Origin: Octopus vulgaris
Taxonomy: Eukaryota
NCBI GenBank assembly: GCA_951406725.2
Contig: OX597834.1
Location: 16,430,001 to 16,494,000 of the forward strand
Reading direction: 5' to 3'
DNA: 64,000 nucleotides
The notes under the pieces are model-generated. The model searched no databases, was not told the origin of the DNA, and was given only the letters and a program-made list of their open reading frames with translations. The translations under genes were made by a program, and so were the position numbers. The first letter of the stretch is position 1; every line of letters starts with the position of its first letter. This document shows, piece by piece, positions 1-13,626 of the stretch.

Positions 1-2406
1 CACCGCTTTTAGTCAAACAAATCAACTCCAGGACTTATTCTTTGTAAGCCTTAATACTTATTCTATCGGAGTCTTTTGCCGAACCGCTAAGTTACAGGGA
101 CATAAATACACCGGCATCAGTTGTGGGGGGGGGGACAAACAGGGACACAAATACATACACACACACACACACACACATATGACAGGCTTCTTTCAGTTTC
201 TATCTACCAAATCCACTCACAAGACTTTGGTCGGTCCGAGGCTATAGTAGAAGATTGTCTTAACCCTAACCAAGCCCAAGGTGCCATGCAGGGGAACTGA
301 ACCCGGAACCAGGTGGTTGGTAAACAAGCTACTTACCACACAGCCACTCCTGCACCTATTCTTCTATTTTTTATTACTTGTTTCAGTCATTTGACTGCAG
401 CCATACTGGAGCACCAACTTGAAGGCTTTTTTAGTCGAACAAATCAACCCCCAGGACTTTTCTTTCTAAAGCCTAATACCTATTCTGTCAGTCTTTTTCA
501 CTGAACTGCTAAGTTACAGGGACGTAAACACACCAACACTGGTTGTCAAGCAGTGATGTGGGGGGGGGGTACAAACAGACACAAAGACATGCACACAGAT
601 AGGCTTCTTTCAGTTTCCGCCTACCAAACCCACTCACAAGGCTTTGAGATGACAAAGGAGTAAATGAACAAACGATTATTTTATGAGCTCCATTAGCTTA
701 CAACTGTTTCGGTTGTAAAACGCAATGGACTCATAATTCAGAGCTTGGGTAACACCTTATAGCTTTACGTTCTAAGTTCAACTGCCACTCGGGTCCACTT
801 TGGCTTTCATCTTTTTGGGATCGATAAAATAAGTACCTGTCGATAACTAGGGTCAATGTAATCAAATAGACTCCTGCACCCAAATTTCAGGACTTGTGCC
901 TATAGCAGAAACACTTTTACGAGGACCTGAAAACAACAACAAAGACTTTTTCACCACTACAATAAACCACCAACTGCACAAGCCAACAAGGGAGCCTGTA
1001 TGTGACAGCTAGAAATTGCAGCCAAATCCTCTTCAAATTAACCTTCTTTCTTAACCCTTTTGATACCAACCCATGTAAGACCACTCGCTCTTGGTTCTAT
1101 GATACAAACTCATTGTCTTGAAGTGATTTAAACTAAAACCTTCCATTGAAATTTCAGGTTCGTTCATGTTCTAAACATCATCTTAATAATTTTTTCTGCT
1201 AAAGGTACAAGGCCTAAAATTTTGGAGGCAGGGCCTAGTCAATTGCATTAACTCCAGTGTTTATTGACCTCGAAAGGATGAAAGGCTAAGTCGACCTCGG
1301 TGGAATTTGAACTCGGAACGTAAAACAGAAGAATTTGCACTTAGAAAGACACTCTCCAAGGCACAAGTCCAGCAGTCACCCTCTCCAAGACCAGCAGTCA
1401 CCCATGCATACCAGCCTCCTCCCTGCATGCCACTGATTTTGTCCAAGAGAAAAGTGAGTGAACTGGAGCAATGTGAAATAAAGTGTCTTGCTCATATAAA
1501 CACAACACACAACCTGGTCCCAGAATTGAGCTCACTACCTCATGACCGTGAACCTGACACACTAACCACTGAGCCATGCGCCTTCACAAGGGGAACGTAT
1601 TTCTGTTGAAATGCGATATCAAAAGGGAGTGGCTGTGTAGTAAGAAGCTAGCTTACCAACCACATGATTCTGGGTTCAGTCCCACTGTGTGGCACCTTGG
1701 GCAAGTGTCTTCTACTATAGCCTCGGGCTGACCAAAGCTTTGTGAGTGGATTTGGTAGACAGAAACTGAAAGAAGCCCGTTGTATGTGTGTGTGTATGTG
1801 TGTGTGTCTGTGTTTGTCCCCCACCTACCGTCACTTGACAACCGATGCTGGTGTGTTTACATTCCCACAGGTTAGCAGTTCAGCAAAGGAGACCGACAAA
1901 ATACGTACTAGGCTTACAAAGAATAAGTCCTGGGGGGGGGGGGGGGTCGATTCGATCGACTAAAGGCGGTGCTCCAGCACGGCCACAGTCAAATGACTGA
2001 AACGAGTAAAAGAATGCTTCTCGGATATACAAATAGAGACTCGACAATGTTAGATGAAACACCACTGATCACAGGCCCGGCTCAATCGGCGGGGGTGGGT
2101 GGGGTCAAGGTCTTTGCCCGGGGGGTGGGGGGGGGGTTAAACAACAACAACAAAACCAACAACAGCGTGAAGCCAATAAGGCTAATTATTTACCACTAGA
2201 TGACTGCTGACTCATGAGAAATGAAGCAGAAAACTGCTGATATTTCAATGTTTCACAGTTTATCCAACGCTTTACACCGAAAAAAGAGAAAGAACTCAAC
2301 ACTTGTCATGGTGCTTGTTGTTGCTGTACTCTTGCTCTTGTTGTTGTTGCTGCTGCTTCTTTTTTTTTGTATTTTTTTTAGTTATTGTTGTTTTTTTTTT
2401 TTGGTT

Positions 2407-2597
2407 ATATGTGTATGTGCATATGTGTGTATGAGTACGTACGTGTGTATATATGTGTGCATATATATATATATATATATATGTATATGTCATGCAGATG
2501 TGTGTGTGTATATATATGTATGTGTGTGTATATACGTGTGTATGTGTGTGCATATATATGTGTATATATATATATGTCATGTAAGTGTGTGTATGTA

Positions 2598-2643
<46 letters not shown>

Positions 2644-2872
2644 ATGTGTGTGTATATATATGTATGTGTGTATATATATATATGTATGTATCTATATATA
2701 AATTGTATGTGTGTGTGTATATATATGTGTGTATATATATATATGTACGTATATATGTATATATATAATGTATGTAGATATATATATATAATGTATGTAT
2801 GTGTGTGTATATATATATATGTATATATATATATATGTGTGTGTGTGTGTATGTATATATATATATATATAT
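2407..2872. repeat. Compound (TA)n/(TG)n microsatellite
   Basis: Seen directly. Confidence 0.95.
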
Positions 2873-4230
2873 TGCTATTTCCCATATCCTGTTGTTTTTG
2901 TTTTCTTATCTATTTTTCTTAGAGTTTTACTTTTATTTTACTTCTATTTTTATATCTTTTTTTCTTTTTACCACACATCTTCCAACACTAAATACCATCA
3001 ATGCAATAAATCTTATTAAACTGACATTTCTAGATTCTAGTTGCAAATCTAACGCAGCTGACAAAATGCATCATCAAAGTCCAGACCAAGATGCCAAGCC
3101 ACGTGAATGCCACAACTATTTTTTTTTATTTTCTTCTACCTTACTGACTAACAGACAGGACACATCTCTTTCTTCACACTCCTTAACTTTTAATCAATTT
3201 CTCCACGAACCACCTCGCTTTCTCACTCTACCTATCTCTCTTTCTATCTATCTAGCACTCTTGGTCTCTATCATTTTTTTCGCTTGTTTGTTTGTCTGTT
3301 TGTGTTCGGTTTTTTTTTTGGTTTTTTTTTTTTTATCTCTCATAGATACCAGAAGAAAAAAATAGCTAACTAACTTATTGGAAGTTATTTTCAGCCTACC
3401 TATGGTTCGCTTACCATTAATCATGGAACAACGGAGGAAAAATTTTCACCAGCTCTGATTTGTTTGTTCCACAGCCAGAATCATTGGTTTCTCTCCCACA
3501 TCAGACTTTGCTTTGCAAACAACAACAACAACAAGTATTTCTAATCTAAGCACAAGGCCAGCAAGATTTCGTCGAGTGCCAGTGGTTAAACTGCTATTTT
3601 ATTTTATTGACTCATGACCCGCAGAGAATACATATATAGAAGAGATATTATAATCCACTTGTTTGAACTTCAATGTCACTGCTCTGGAGTTTTCTATTTA
3701 AAACACTGGTTAATGTAATCATAGTTACAGTGTCTGACTGAAACAAACAGAGATATTTTCGCTTTATTTCAGACAGCCACTGAACATCTTTTTGGAAGCA
3801 CTCCGTCGGTTACGACGACGAGGGTTCCGGTTGATCCGAATCAACGGAACAGCCTGCTCGTGAAATTAACGTGTAAGTGGCTGAGCACTCCACAGACACG
3901 TGTACCCTTAACGTAGTTCTCAGGGATATTCAGCGTGACACAGAGAGTGACAAGACCGGCCCTTTGAAATACAGGTACAACAGAAACAGGAAGTAAGAGT
4001 GAGAGAAAGTTGTGGTGAAAGAGTACAGCAGGGATCACCACCATCCCCTGCCGGTGCCGCGTGGAGCTTTAGGTGTTTTCGCTCAATAAACACTCACAAC
4101 GCCTGGTCTGGGAATCGAAACCGTGATCCTATGACCGCGAGTCCGCTGCCCTAACCACTGGGCCATTGCACCTCCACTACTGAGCATCTAGAACTACATT
4201 AAATCACATATCTTTCGTTTATTAAGATAT

Positions 4231-4830
4231 ACAAGGTGGTATCAAAAAACCCCTGGACTAGTTCTGTAGCGTGCCAACAGATAGCAGCATGTGGTTGTGT
4301 GCCCAGTGAGAACTAGCAGTGACCTTCATGAGGCTGTGTGTTGAGTGACATTGCTTTGTTTTCTTTGCGAGTTGTGGAATTTGTGCTTTTGTGATCATGT
4401 GTACGCTGTAGTCTGTGATTTTTGTCAAGGACAGGAAATTGGAATAAAGAACCAACATGAAACTTTGCGTTAAACTTGGAAGGTCTGCTAGAGATATTGA
4501 GCATAATTCAGCAAGCTTATAGTGACAAGGCAATGGCTTGTACACAATGTTTTCAGTGGCATAGGAACTTTAAAAGCAGAAGAATATCCCTGGAAGACAA
4601 TGAGCTATCTGGAAGACCTGCCACAAGCATCACCCCCAAAAATGTGGTACTGTGCATTGAGAATTTGCCCCCAAAGGGCCAGACCATCAATTGAGAGTTT
4701 TACTACGACATTTCAAGTGTTTGAGGGAGGATATTTGGTGAAAGCAACCAGATCTGTGGAGCGCAAAGAATTGGGTTCTTCAGAGTGACAATGCACCCTG
4801 TGACCAAGCTCTGCCCACCTGTGAGTTTTT
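4231..4830 (+). pseudogene. Decayed mariner transposase fragment
   Basis: IIQQAYSDKAMACTQCFQWHRNFKSRRISLEDNELSGRPATS (mariner HTH + SGRP) and LWSAKNWVLQSDNAP (LHHDNAP-like), with stops and frameshifts. Confidence 0.8.
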
Positions 4831-5024
4831 TGCATTAAAAAAAAAAAAAATGTCAAAATAAATGTTTCAGCCATGAAACCCCGAACAGTTCTATTTCACT
4901 AGACTTATGGTTTACATTATAACATTATATATATATACATATATATATACATATATATACATATACATACATATACATATACATACATATACATACATAT
5001 ACATATATATACATATACATACAT

Positions 5025-5076
<52 letters not shown>

Positions 5077-6837
5077 GGAAAGTTTACGAAAATAAACAAA
5101 AGACGAAGGCAGGTGGAGTACAAACAAAAAAACGTATTAGTATAGCGCTCAGGAATAGAAAAAGTCTTTTATGTTTCGAGCCTACGCTCTTCTACAGAGA
5201 GGGACACAGAAAAAAACAAGGAGAGAAACAAGGAGAGGAAAAAATGCATGCAGTAGCTAATGCATGCAGTAGCTAATGCATCATCATCATCATTTAACAT
5301 CCGTTGTCCATGCTGGCATGGGTGTAACAGTTTGACCAAGGCTGGCAAGCTGAAAGGCTGCACCAGACTCCGGTCTGATTTAGCAGGGTTTCTATAGCTG
5401 GATGTCCTTCTTAATGCCAACCACTCCAAGAGTGTAATAGGTGCTTTTACGTGCCGCCAGCATGGGTGCCATTTGCGTCACACCAATATCTATCACGACT
5501 ATGATTTTACTTGGCTTGATGGGTCTTCTAGTTGAGCACAGTATAATGCCAAAGATCCCAGTCATTCGTCATTGCCTCCGTGAGGCCCAACACTCGAAAA
5601 GTGCTTCTATATACATACATATAGATGTGTGTGTGTGTCTGTGTGTACATGCATGCACATGCACTCATATGTGTGTGAGAGAGAGAATTATGTCTTAACA
5701 TCCCATGACGGTTGTAATAAACCAGTCTTCTATGAAGCATGTGTCCGACCATGGGAATATATTACCCTGCCTGGAAACAGGAGAGGGTTGGTGACAGGAA
5801 GAGCATCCAGGTTGTAGAAAATCTACTGCAATAAATTCCATCTGACCCATGCAAGCATAGAAAAATAGACATCGAAAATAATGACAACACACACACACAA
5901 GCATTGACTTTCACTTTATCAAAAAGCTGAGATCAAGGTGACCTGAGACTTCTTTTGAACTGAACACAGCAGACATCAATCAATTTTTTGTTGCTGCTAA
6001 TGTTTATTGACCAATGGGGCTCTAGAGAGCCGAGTGTTAGATACAATACAGTAGCGATAACATGATAGGAAATGCTGAACACAAAAGCTTCTTCAGTCAA
6101 TGAATTAGTCATATGCATATACATGGATGAATGTGGCTTGTAGCTTATACATACATACATATCATCATCATCATTGTTTAACATCCGTTCTCCATGCTAG
6201 CATGGGTTGGATGGTTCGACCAGGGATCTGGGAAGCCAGAAGGCTGCACCAGGCTCCAGTCTTATCTGGCAATGTTTCTACAGCTGGATGCCCTTCCTAA
6301 CGCCAACCACTCCGTGAGTGTAGTGGGTGCTTTTTACGTGCCACCTGCACAGGGGCCAGGCGAGGCTGGCAACAGCCACGGTCGGATTGGTGTATTTTAT
6401 GTGCCACTGGCACGGAAGCCAGTCGAGGCGGCGCTGGCATCGGCCACGAGTCAGATAGTGATTTTTACGTACCACCAGACCAGGGATCCTGGCTGGTTCA
6501 ATTCGATTTCGATTTCGCTTGCCCCAACATGTCTTCGCAAGCAAAGTATGCGTCGCCGATATATATATATATATGAAATTGAATAAGGGTAGAAATTGAT
6601 ATTAATCAATTAAAACCAGTGGCCTAGCATCATATTAAAAAAATCCAAAGATTAAAATATTTTAACATACAAAATTTAAAGGACTGACCACTAAAAGTGG
6701 ACGGTCAACATGCTAGATATAGACGTCAAAATTGCTATTTTGCACGAAGAATGTGTTCTCAAATAAAAACTCAGCACAAACCAAAGCGTAAAAATAAGCA
6801 AGACAAATGAAAATATATGAAATAATATATATATATA

Positions 6838-7250
6838 CTCTTTTACTCTTTTACTTGTTCCAGTCATTTTGACTGCGGCCATGCTGGAGCACCACCTTTA
6901 GTCAAGCAAATCGACCCCGGGACTTATTCTTTGTAAGCCCAGTACTTATTCTATCGGTCTCTTTTGCCGAACCGTTAAGTGACGGAGACGTAAACACACC
7001 AGCATCGGTTGTCAAGCAATGCTAGGGGGACAAACACACAACACACACACACACACATAGATATATATATATATATACACATATATACGACGGGCTTCTT
7101 TCAGTTTCCGTCTACCAAATCCACTCACAAGGCATTGGTCGGCCCGGGGCTATAGCAGAAGACACTTGCCCAAGATGCCACACAGTGGGACTGAACCCAG
7201 CACCATGTGGTTGGTTAGCAAGCTACTTACCACACAGCCACTCCTGCGCC
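6838..7250 (-). mobile_element. tRNA-derived SINE family A (young subfamily)
   Basis: Head GGCGCAGGAGTGGCTGTGTGGTAAG..GGTTCAGTCCC, internal (TA/TG)n, tail GAAACAAGTAAAAGAGTAAAAGAG. Many copies and fragments in the window, e.g. ~1-357, 1626-2012, 13411-13845, 14258-14637, 21748-22143, 35940-36343. Confidence 0.85.
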
Positions 7251-7944
7251 ATACACATGCATATATATATGCATGTGTATGTGTTGCGTGTGTTATGTTC
7301 CCTTACATAATTGAATGGATAAGAAATTTGTTCAACAATATAGGATTTTGTTTCTACTGAGTGGAACCTTAGGCAAGCGTCTTCTACCACAGCCTTCGAT
7401 CTACCCATGCATTACGGGTGAAATTAGATTAAAACTGAGCAGATGTTCATTAGATGGACTGTACTAATAATTCAAATGGCAGGTCTTGTCACAAACAATG
7501 TAATTCTGTTTAACGTTGTGTGAGCGTGCGTTTACAGTGAACTTCATTTAGCTCGTCCCCATTAAAGCTGATGTCGGATAAAATGGACAAAATCTTAAGA
7601 GAATGGCAGAGGTGACTTCCATTACCCATCTTTTTAATCCTTTCGTATCCAAATGTAAATGTAATGCTTTATTCATTCACTTTGTTTTTTGAATTAATCA
7701 TGCATTACCTTCTGGCTTTGAGGTTTCGGAGCAGACCTCACCAGCGCTGGTGCCATGTAAAAGGGCATCCAGTCCAATCTGTGAAGTAGTTGGCATTAGG
7801 AAGGAAATCCAGTCATGAAAAAAAAGGAAAAAAACCTATGCCAAAACAAACGGTGGAGCTTGGTGCAATCCTCTGGCTTGCCAACTCCTGTCAAGCCGTC
7901 CGACCTACGCCAGCATGGAAGATGGACATTAAATGAGGATGATG

Positions 7945-8140
7945 ATGATGATGAAGGAGGTGGAGAGGAGGAAGAGAGGAGGAGGAGGAGGGGAGGTGGA
8001 GGAGGAGGGGAGGTGGAGGAGGAGATGCGGGGAGCAGGGGTGGGGAGTAGGAGGGGTGGAGGAGGAGGAGGTGAGTGAAGGAGGTGATGAGGGGAGCAGG
8101 GGTGGTGGTCGTGGTGGTGTAGGAGGAGGAGGAGGAGGAG
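7945..8140 (+). repeat. (GGA)n/G-rich purine tract
   Basis: Seen directly. Confidence 0.9.
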
Positions 8141-8239
8141 ATTGCAGGAATGACATTGCAAGAAGGCATGAGAAACTGGATCTGGCCAGTTTGAACTTAA
8201 AACAGCCTCATATGGCTGCAGGTTTAAATGCTAAAGATC

Positions 8240-8500
8240 AAATGAGGTATATGCAGTCTGTTGCCAAGCTAGCTAAGTATCTGGCCATCAAGAATTTCAA
8301 ATCTAGAGATGGTTGCTTATGATGATTTAGAAATTGTCATGGAATTGGTAATAGAATTACCCATGGTAAAGCACACAGTGTACTAAATGAGGAAATTAAG
8401 ATATTCAGGAAGAGATGGAAGTATGAAGGACTCCTAATTCCCCAAGTGAGAAATGAGGATTAAACTGGATTGCATTGGTGATCACTTTCCTGGAATGGTC
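8240..8500 (+). pseudogene. pogo/Tigger transposase relic
   Basis: AKYLAIKNFKSRDGCL**FRNCHGI resembles the CENP-B-type FKASxGWLxRFKxRHGI motif; QVRNED*TGLHW resembles QVxNADETGLFW. Confidence 0.65.
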
Positions 8501-8667
8501 AAACTTTATGAATGAAACCCACATATACACATATCATCATCATCATTTAACGTCCATTTTCCATGCTGGCATGGGTTGGACAGTTTGAAAGGCACTGGCA
8601 AGGCAGAGGGCTGCACCAGGCTCTGGTCATCTGCTTTGGCATGGTTTCTATGGCTGAATAACCCTTC

Positions 8668-8992
8668 CTAGGGATAACATATAGGGAAAAATGCTGGAAA
8701 GTGATAATAGGGACAAGATAGGAAACAATGCTGGAAAGTGATAAATAGAGATAAAATATAAGGAACAATCACTAAGGATAATATGTAGGGTAAAATGCTG
8801 GAAAGTGATAACTAGGGATAAAAAATAGGGAACAATGCTGGAATGTGATAAATAGGGATAACAAATAAAGAACAATACTGGGAAAAGATAACTAGGGATA
8901 AAATATAGGGAACAATCACTAGGGATAACATATACAGAAAAATGCTAGAAAGTGAGAGATAGGGATAACAGAGAGGGACAAAATACTGGAAG
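8668..8992. repeat. Degenerate ~39-40-bp minisatellite
   Basis: Repeated GGGATAA(C/A)ATATAGGGAACAATGCTGGAAAGTGATAA units. Confidence 0.85.
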
Positions 8993-9040
8993 ATGACTGA
9001 AAGATTCAGTGTATATATTGGGCTATGACAATCCCCTTAA

Positions 9041-9261
9041 CCTTTTTGTTACCATGTTTCTTTTCAGATGCTCTGTGTTTCTTTCGATATATTTTGAATA
9101 TAACAGAGAATTTAGTAAAATAACTTAGTTATCATTGAGCTAGTGTTAGGAACATAAACTGTGACTAAGGGTTGGAAGAGGATTTTAATTCAGAACTTTT
9201 GAAACAAAACATTTGTATTACAGAGCCAGAGGCGGTTTCAGCCAGGTTGGTATCAAAAGGG
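9041..9261. mobile_element. piggyBac-like MITE
   Basis: TTAA|CCTTTTTGTTACC ... GGTATCAAAAGGG|TTAA. Confidence 0.7.
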
Positions 9262-9575
9262 TTAATAGGCTGAGCATAGAGGCATACACCATATGGGAAC
9301 TCATGATCCCCAAAAAAAAAAGGGTTGAAATTTCCTAATTTTCATTATTCAATTGTCCTACAGGAGCATTGGTTAACTATTCAGTTCAATAGTTTACCTA
9401 GTAGGTGTGAGTTCAATTCCTAGGTCAGTCAAGTTTATCATCAGTAAATCATAAATCTGAAAAAGAAGCACACTCTTGCTAGAGAGGTGATAGGCCTAGG
9501 GCCTGAGAAAACACTGTAAAGCTAAGCTCTTTATGGAAGTGAAACCCAGGCTAACCCCATAGACCAGCTATAACC

Positions 9576-9629
<54 letters not shown>

Positions 9630-10998
9630 TCATCATCGTCATCGTCGTTTAACGTCCGTTTTCCAGGCTAGCATGGGTTGGATGGTTCGACCGGGGTCTG
9701 GGAAGCCAGGAGGCTGCACCAGGCTCCAGTCTGATTTGGCAGTGTTTCTACAGCTGGATGCCCTTCCTAATGCCAACCACTCCAAGAGTGTAGTGGGTGC
9801 TTTTACATACCATGGGTATCACAACTACAATATCCATTTGATTTTTATTTTGATGTTGATGTTGATGTACTTGACTCAATAGGTCTCCTCAAGCACAGCA
9901 GGTCAACCTACGATCCAAGGTTGGCACAGCAGGCCATCCTGCAAGCCATGAACTCACTTCATTTGTCAGGTCTTCGAAGTCACAGCATATCTCCAGAGGT
10001 TTTGGTCTTTCGTCATAGCCTCTGTGAGGGCCAATGTATGAAGGTCATATATATATACATATATACACACACACACAATATAAACCTACATAATAGACAT
10101 ACATGTCAAACTGACCTATTTCTCCATAGACTAAAATAAATGAACAGCCAGCCCTAATTGACTTTCAACCCTTGTTGGGGTTTCATCAGGAGTGTGCATC
10201 ACTTGACGAATCCCAGAGAAACAAGAAGTCAATCCATTTGCATACACATCGAATCTAGTGCCTCCAGTTCTCTACAGCTATTAATTTGCATACTATAAGT
10301 GTTCAACACTTTGTTATCAGAGATCTGTCAAAGGGGAACCCAATCCACACACACACACTATTTGTAGCATAAGTAAGTGAAATCAGAAGTGGACCCCCTT
10401 CAGTCATGAATGTCCATGGGATTGCACCTAGAAAGTTCCCCTCCGAGACACAAGTCCAGGCAAGGTTGTTTATGAAAGACCAACAGTCACCCATGCATAC
10501 CAGCCTCTGCTCTCCACGCCATTGATGTTATTCAAGGGAAAGGGGAAAGTCAAAGGCCGATGCAGCCTAGCACCTGTGACGTCGCAACTCATTTCTACAG
10601 CCGAGTGAACAGGAGCAACATAAAATAAAGTGTCTTGCTCAAGAACACAACACACAGCATAATCTGGGAATTGAACTCACTACTTTGCGATTGTGAGCCC
10701 AACACTCTAACCACCAAGCCATGTGCCTTTAATACATGTATGATAGTGAGTGGAAACACGAGTATGAGTGTGACTTTTTGAGTATATGTGTACGAACAAG
10801 AAGAACAAGAGCTCCAGAGAGTAACAGCTAGTTTAGAAGACTAAGAAAATATTTCTTTAAGCATTCTATAAGAATACAAAACAGTTTCTTCTATGAGACT
10901 AGCAAAATATTTCTGAATGCATTCAGATTTCATGTATACCTAAACAGGTTTCACTTTGTCAAAATAAATGATATTTGATTTACATCAAGTACAATGCT

Positions 10999-11431
10999 GG
11001 GATCTTTTCCTTTTGAACGGCAGTTTTTAACATAATTTCTAGGTAACTAAACAATTTTAAACTTCGTATACTGGTAGAATGTGTTTATAAAACGTCTTTT
11101 TCTCTTGGCTTTATTGAGAAAATTCTATAGTTTGTAAGATATTTGTTTTTTTTTTCTTCAATTTCTGCAATTTCAACCAATCAAATACATCTATTGAGGT
11201 AAAAAAACATTCTGTGCTGTATGAATATGTCCCTCGTTTAAGAAACAGATTGGGTTTATTTACATTTCAGAAGAAAAAAAGATACCCTTCTCCCCATCCC
11301 TAACCCACCCTAACTAACCCTAACCCTAAAACAGATTGAAATGCAATAGATCAATACTAGGGTCATAATTATGGGTGACAATTTCATATGACACCACTAG
11401 AAAAAACTGCTGTTCAAACCGAAAAGATCCC
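10999..11431. mobile_element. MITE with ~30-bp TIRs and internal TAACCC repeats
   Basis: GGGATCTTTTCCTTTTGAACGGCAGTTTTT ... AAAAACTGCTGTTCAAACCGAAAAGATCCC. Confidence 0.8.
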
Positions 11432-11767
11432 AACGCCGCACATAGCATGGTCAATAAGGGACACCTCAGTGTGGTCAGTTAACCTCATCGAAATATCAGT
11501 CAAACTACTTTAAATCACACCCGACAGTCTGAAATAAAGACATACGACATAATCAAGACCCCAGATACTTCTAAAAAGATGGGAGTATTCTTTCGTTGCT
11601 AAATGAACTAAATCAATTTGGGAGAGGAAGCAGTTGATTACACTAACCCTACAGGCCACCCCAGCACTTGACCGGTACTATATTTTATCGACTCCCCCCA
11701 CCCAAGGAGAAATACCACGATACATTTTGCCCAACACTCTAACGATGTTTTCAAAAAAATAAAAAAT

Positions 11768-12203
11768 AGGCGCAGGAGTGTCTGTGTGGTAAGTAGCTTG
11801 CTTACCCACCACAAGGTCCTGGGTTCAGTCCCACTGCGTGGCACCTTGGGCAAGTGTCATTACTATAGCCTCGGGTTGACCAAAGCCTTGTGAGTGGATT
11901 TGGTAGGCGGAAACTGGAAGAATCCCGTTGTATATGTATATGTATATATGTATCTATATATATATATGTATGTGTGTGTATATGTTTGTGTGTCTGTGTT
12001 TGTCCTCCCAACATCACTTGACAACCGATGCTGGTGTGTTTATGTCCTCGTAACTTAGGGTTAGGGTTAGCGGTTCGGAAAAGATATCGATACAATAAGT
12101 ACTAGGCTTACGAAGAATAAGCTCTGGGGTCGATTTGCTCGACTAAAGGCGGTGCTTCAGCATGGCCGCAGTCAAGTGACTGAAACAAGTAAAAGAGTAA
12201 AAG
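11768..12203 (+). mobile_element. SINE family A copy with (TTAGGG)2 insertion
   Basis: Full head-to-tail match to the other copies. Confidence 0.85.
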
Positions 12204-13575
12204 GAAATATAAAAAGGAAAAAAAATTACGTTTTATATAAGGCGGGAGAGTTACTTCCCTTTAACATCATCCAAGTTGGATAACTCAACTACATTAAATG
12301 ATACTGATCTCCCCTGACTATCCAGAAACTCACGGTTTAAATTTTCGTACATTTTTTTCCTTTAATATCTTAATTTGATCAACAGGTCACATCAGTTTTA
12401 AACACCAGACGGTGTATTTCAAAGAGCCAGCCTTGTCACACCAACGGATTACGCTACTTTTCATGATTACATGCTCCATCATCATCATCATCATTTAGCG
12501 TCCGTTTTCCATGCTAGCATGGGTTGGACGGTTCAACTGGGGTCTGTGAAGCCGGAAGGCTTCATCAGGCTCCAGTCTTATCTGGCAGTGTTTCTACGGC
12601 TGGATGCCCTTCCTAACGCCAACCACTCCGTGAGTGTAGTGGGTGCTTTTTACGTGCCACCTGCACAGGTGCCAGACAGAGACGGATGGTGCTTTTACGT
12701 GCCACCGGCATGGGGGCCAGGCGAGGCTGGCAACGGACACGAGCGGATGGTGCTTTTACGTGCCACCGGCACAGGGGCCAGGCGAGGCTAGCAATGGACA
12801 CGAACGGATGGTGCTTTTACGTGCCACCATGTTTTTCTGTAAATTTTAATTCGGGTTACTCACAACTATTTGTAATCTACAATCCATTACTTCTTAAAAC
12901 TTATCCTTTGTGTCAGTTAGTGGACCGTGGCCATTCTGGGGCACTGCCTTGAAGAAATTTTAGTCGAATGTATCGACCCCAGAACTTTTTTAAAAAAAAA
13001 TTTTTTTTTTAGTCCTGGCACTTATTCTATCAGACCCTTTTGCCGAACCGCTAAGTTGCGGGGACATAAACACACCAGCACCGGTTTTTAATTGGCACAC
13101 TACAGAAACAGTCCAGGAACTTTTTGATACCAGCAGTTGTCAGACTCTAGTAATGGAGACACTGCCAGCTTTCTGCAGTGGCCACCACTGCAAACTACAA
13201 ACATTAAAAATGTTGACAGGACAGAAAAGAGAATACAACATATCAGACTGTTTCAACTGCACACCTTACAATTTATGATTGCATGTTACACAACCATTTA
13301 GACAAGATCATCAACAAATGGCCTTCCATACCTCCACTGTAGCTATCCACCAGAATCTACAGGTATACAGAAATAGTCCAGAAAGCCAGAAGAATATATC
13401 ATAAAACATAGGCGTAGGAGCGGCTGTGTGGTAAGTAGCTTGCTTACGAACCACATGGTTCCAGGTTCAGTCCCACTGTGTGGCACCTTGGGTAAGTGTC
13501 TTCTACTATAGCCTCGGGCCGACCAAAGCCTTGTGAATTGATTTGGTAGACGGAAACTGAAAGAAGCCCGTCGTA

Positions 13576-13626
<51 letters not shown>

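Noticed and set aside
2221-3365. Long ORFs (233 aa, 188 aa) rich in Y/I/C/V
   Set aside because: Translations of (TA)n/(TG)n microsatellite; the same applies to 62692-63438 and 56617-57006.
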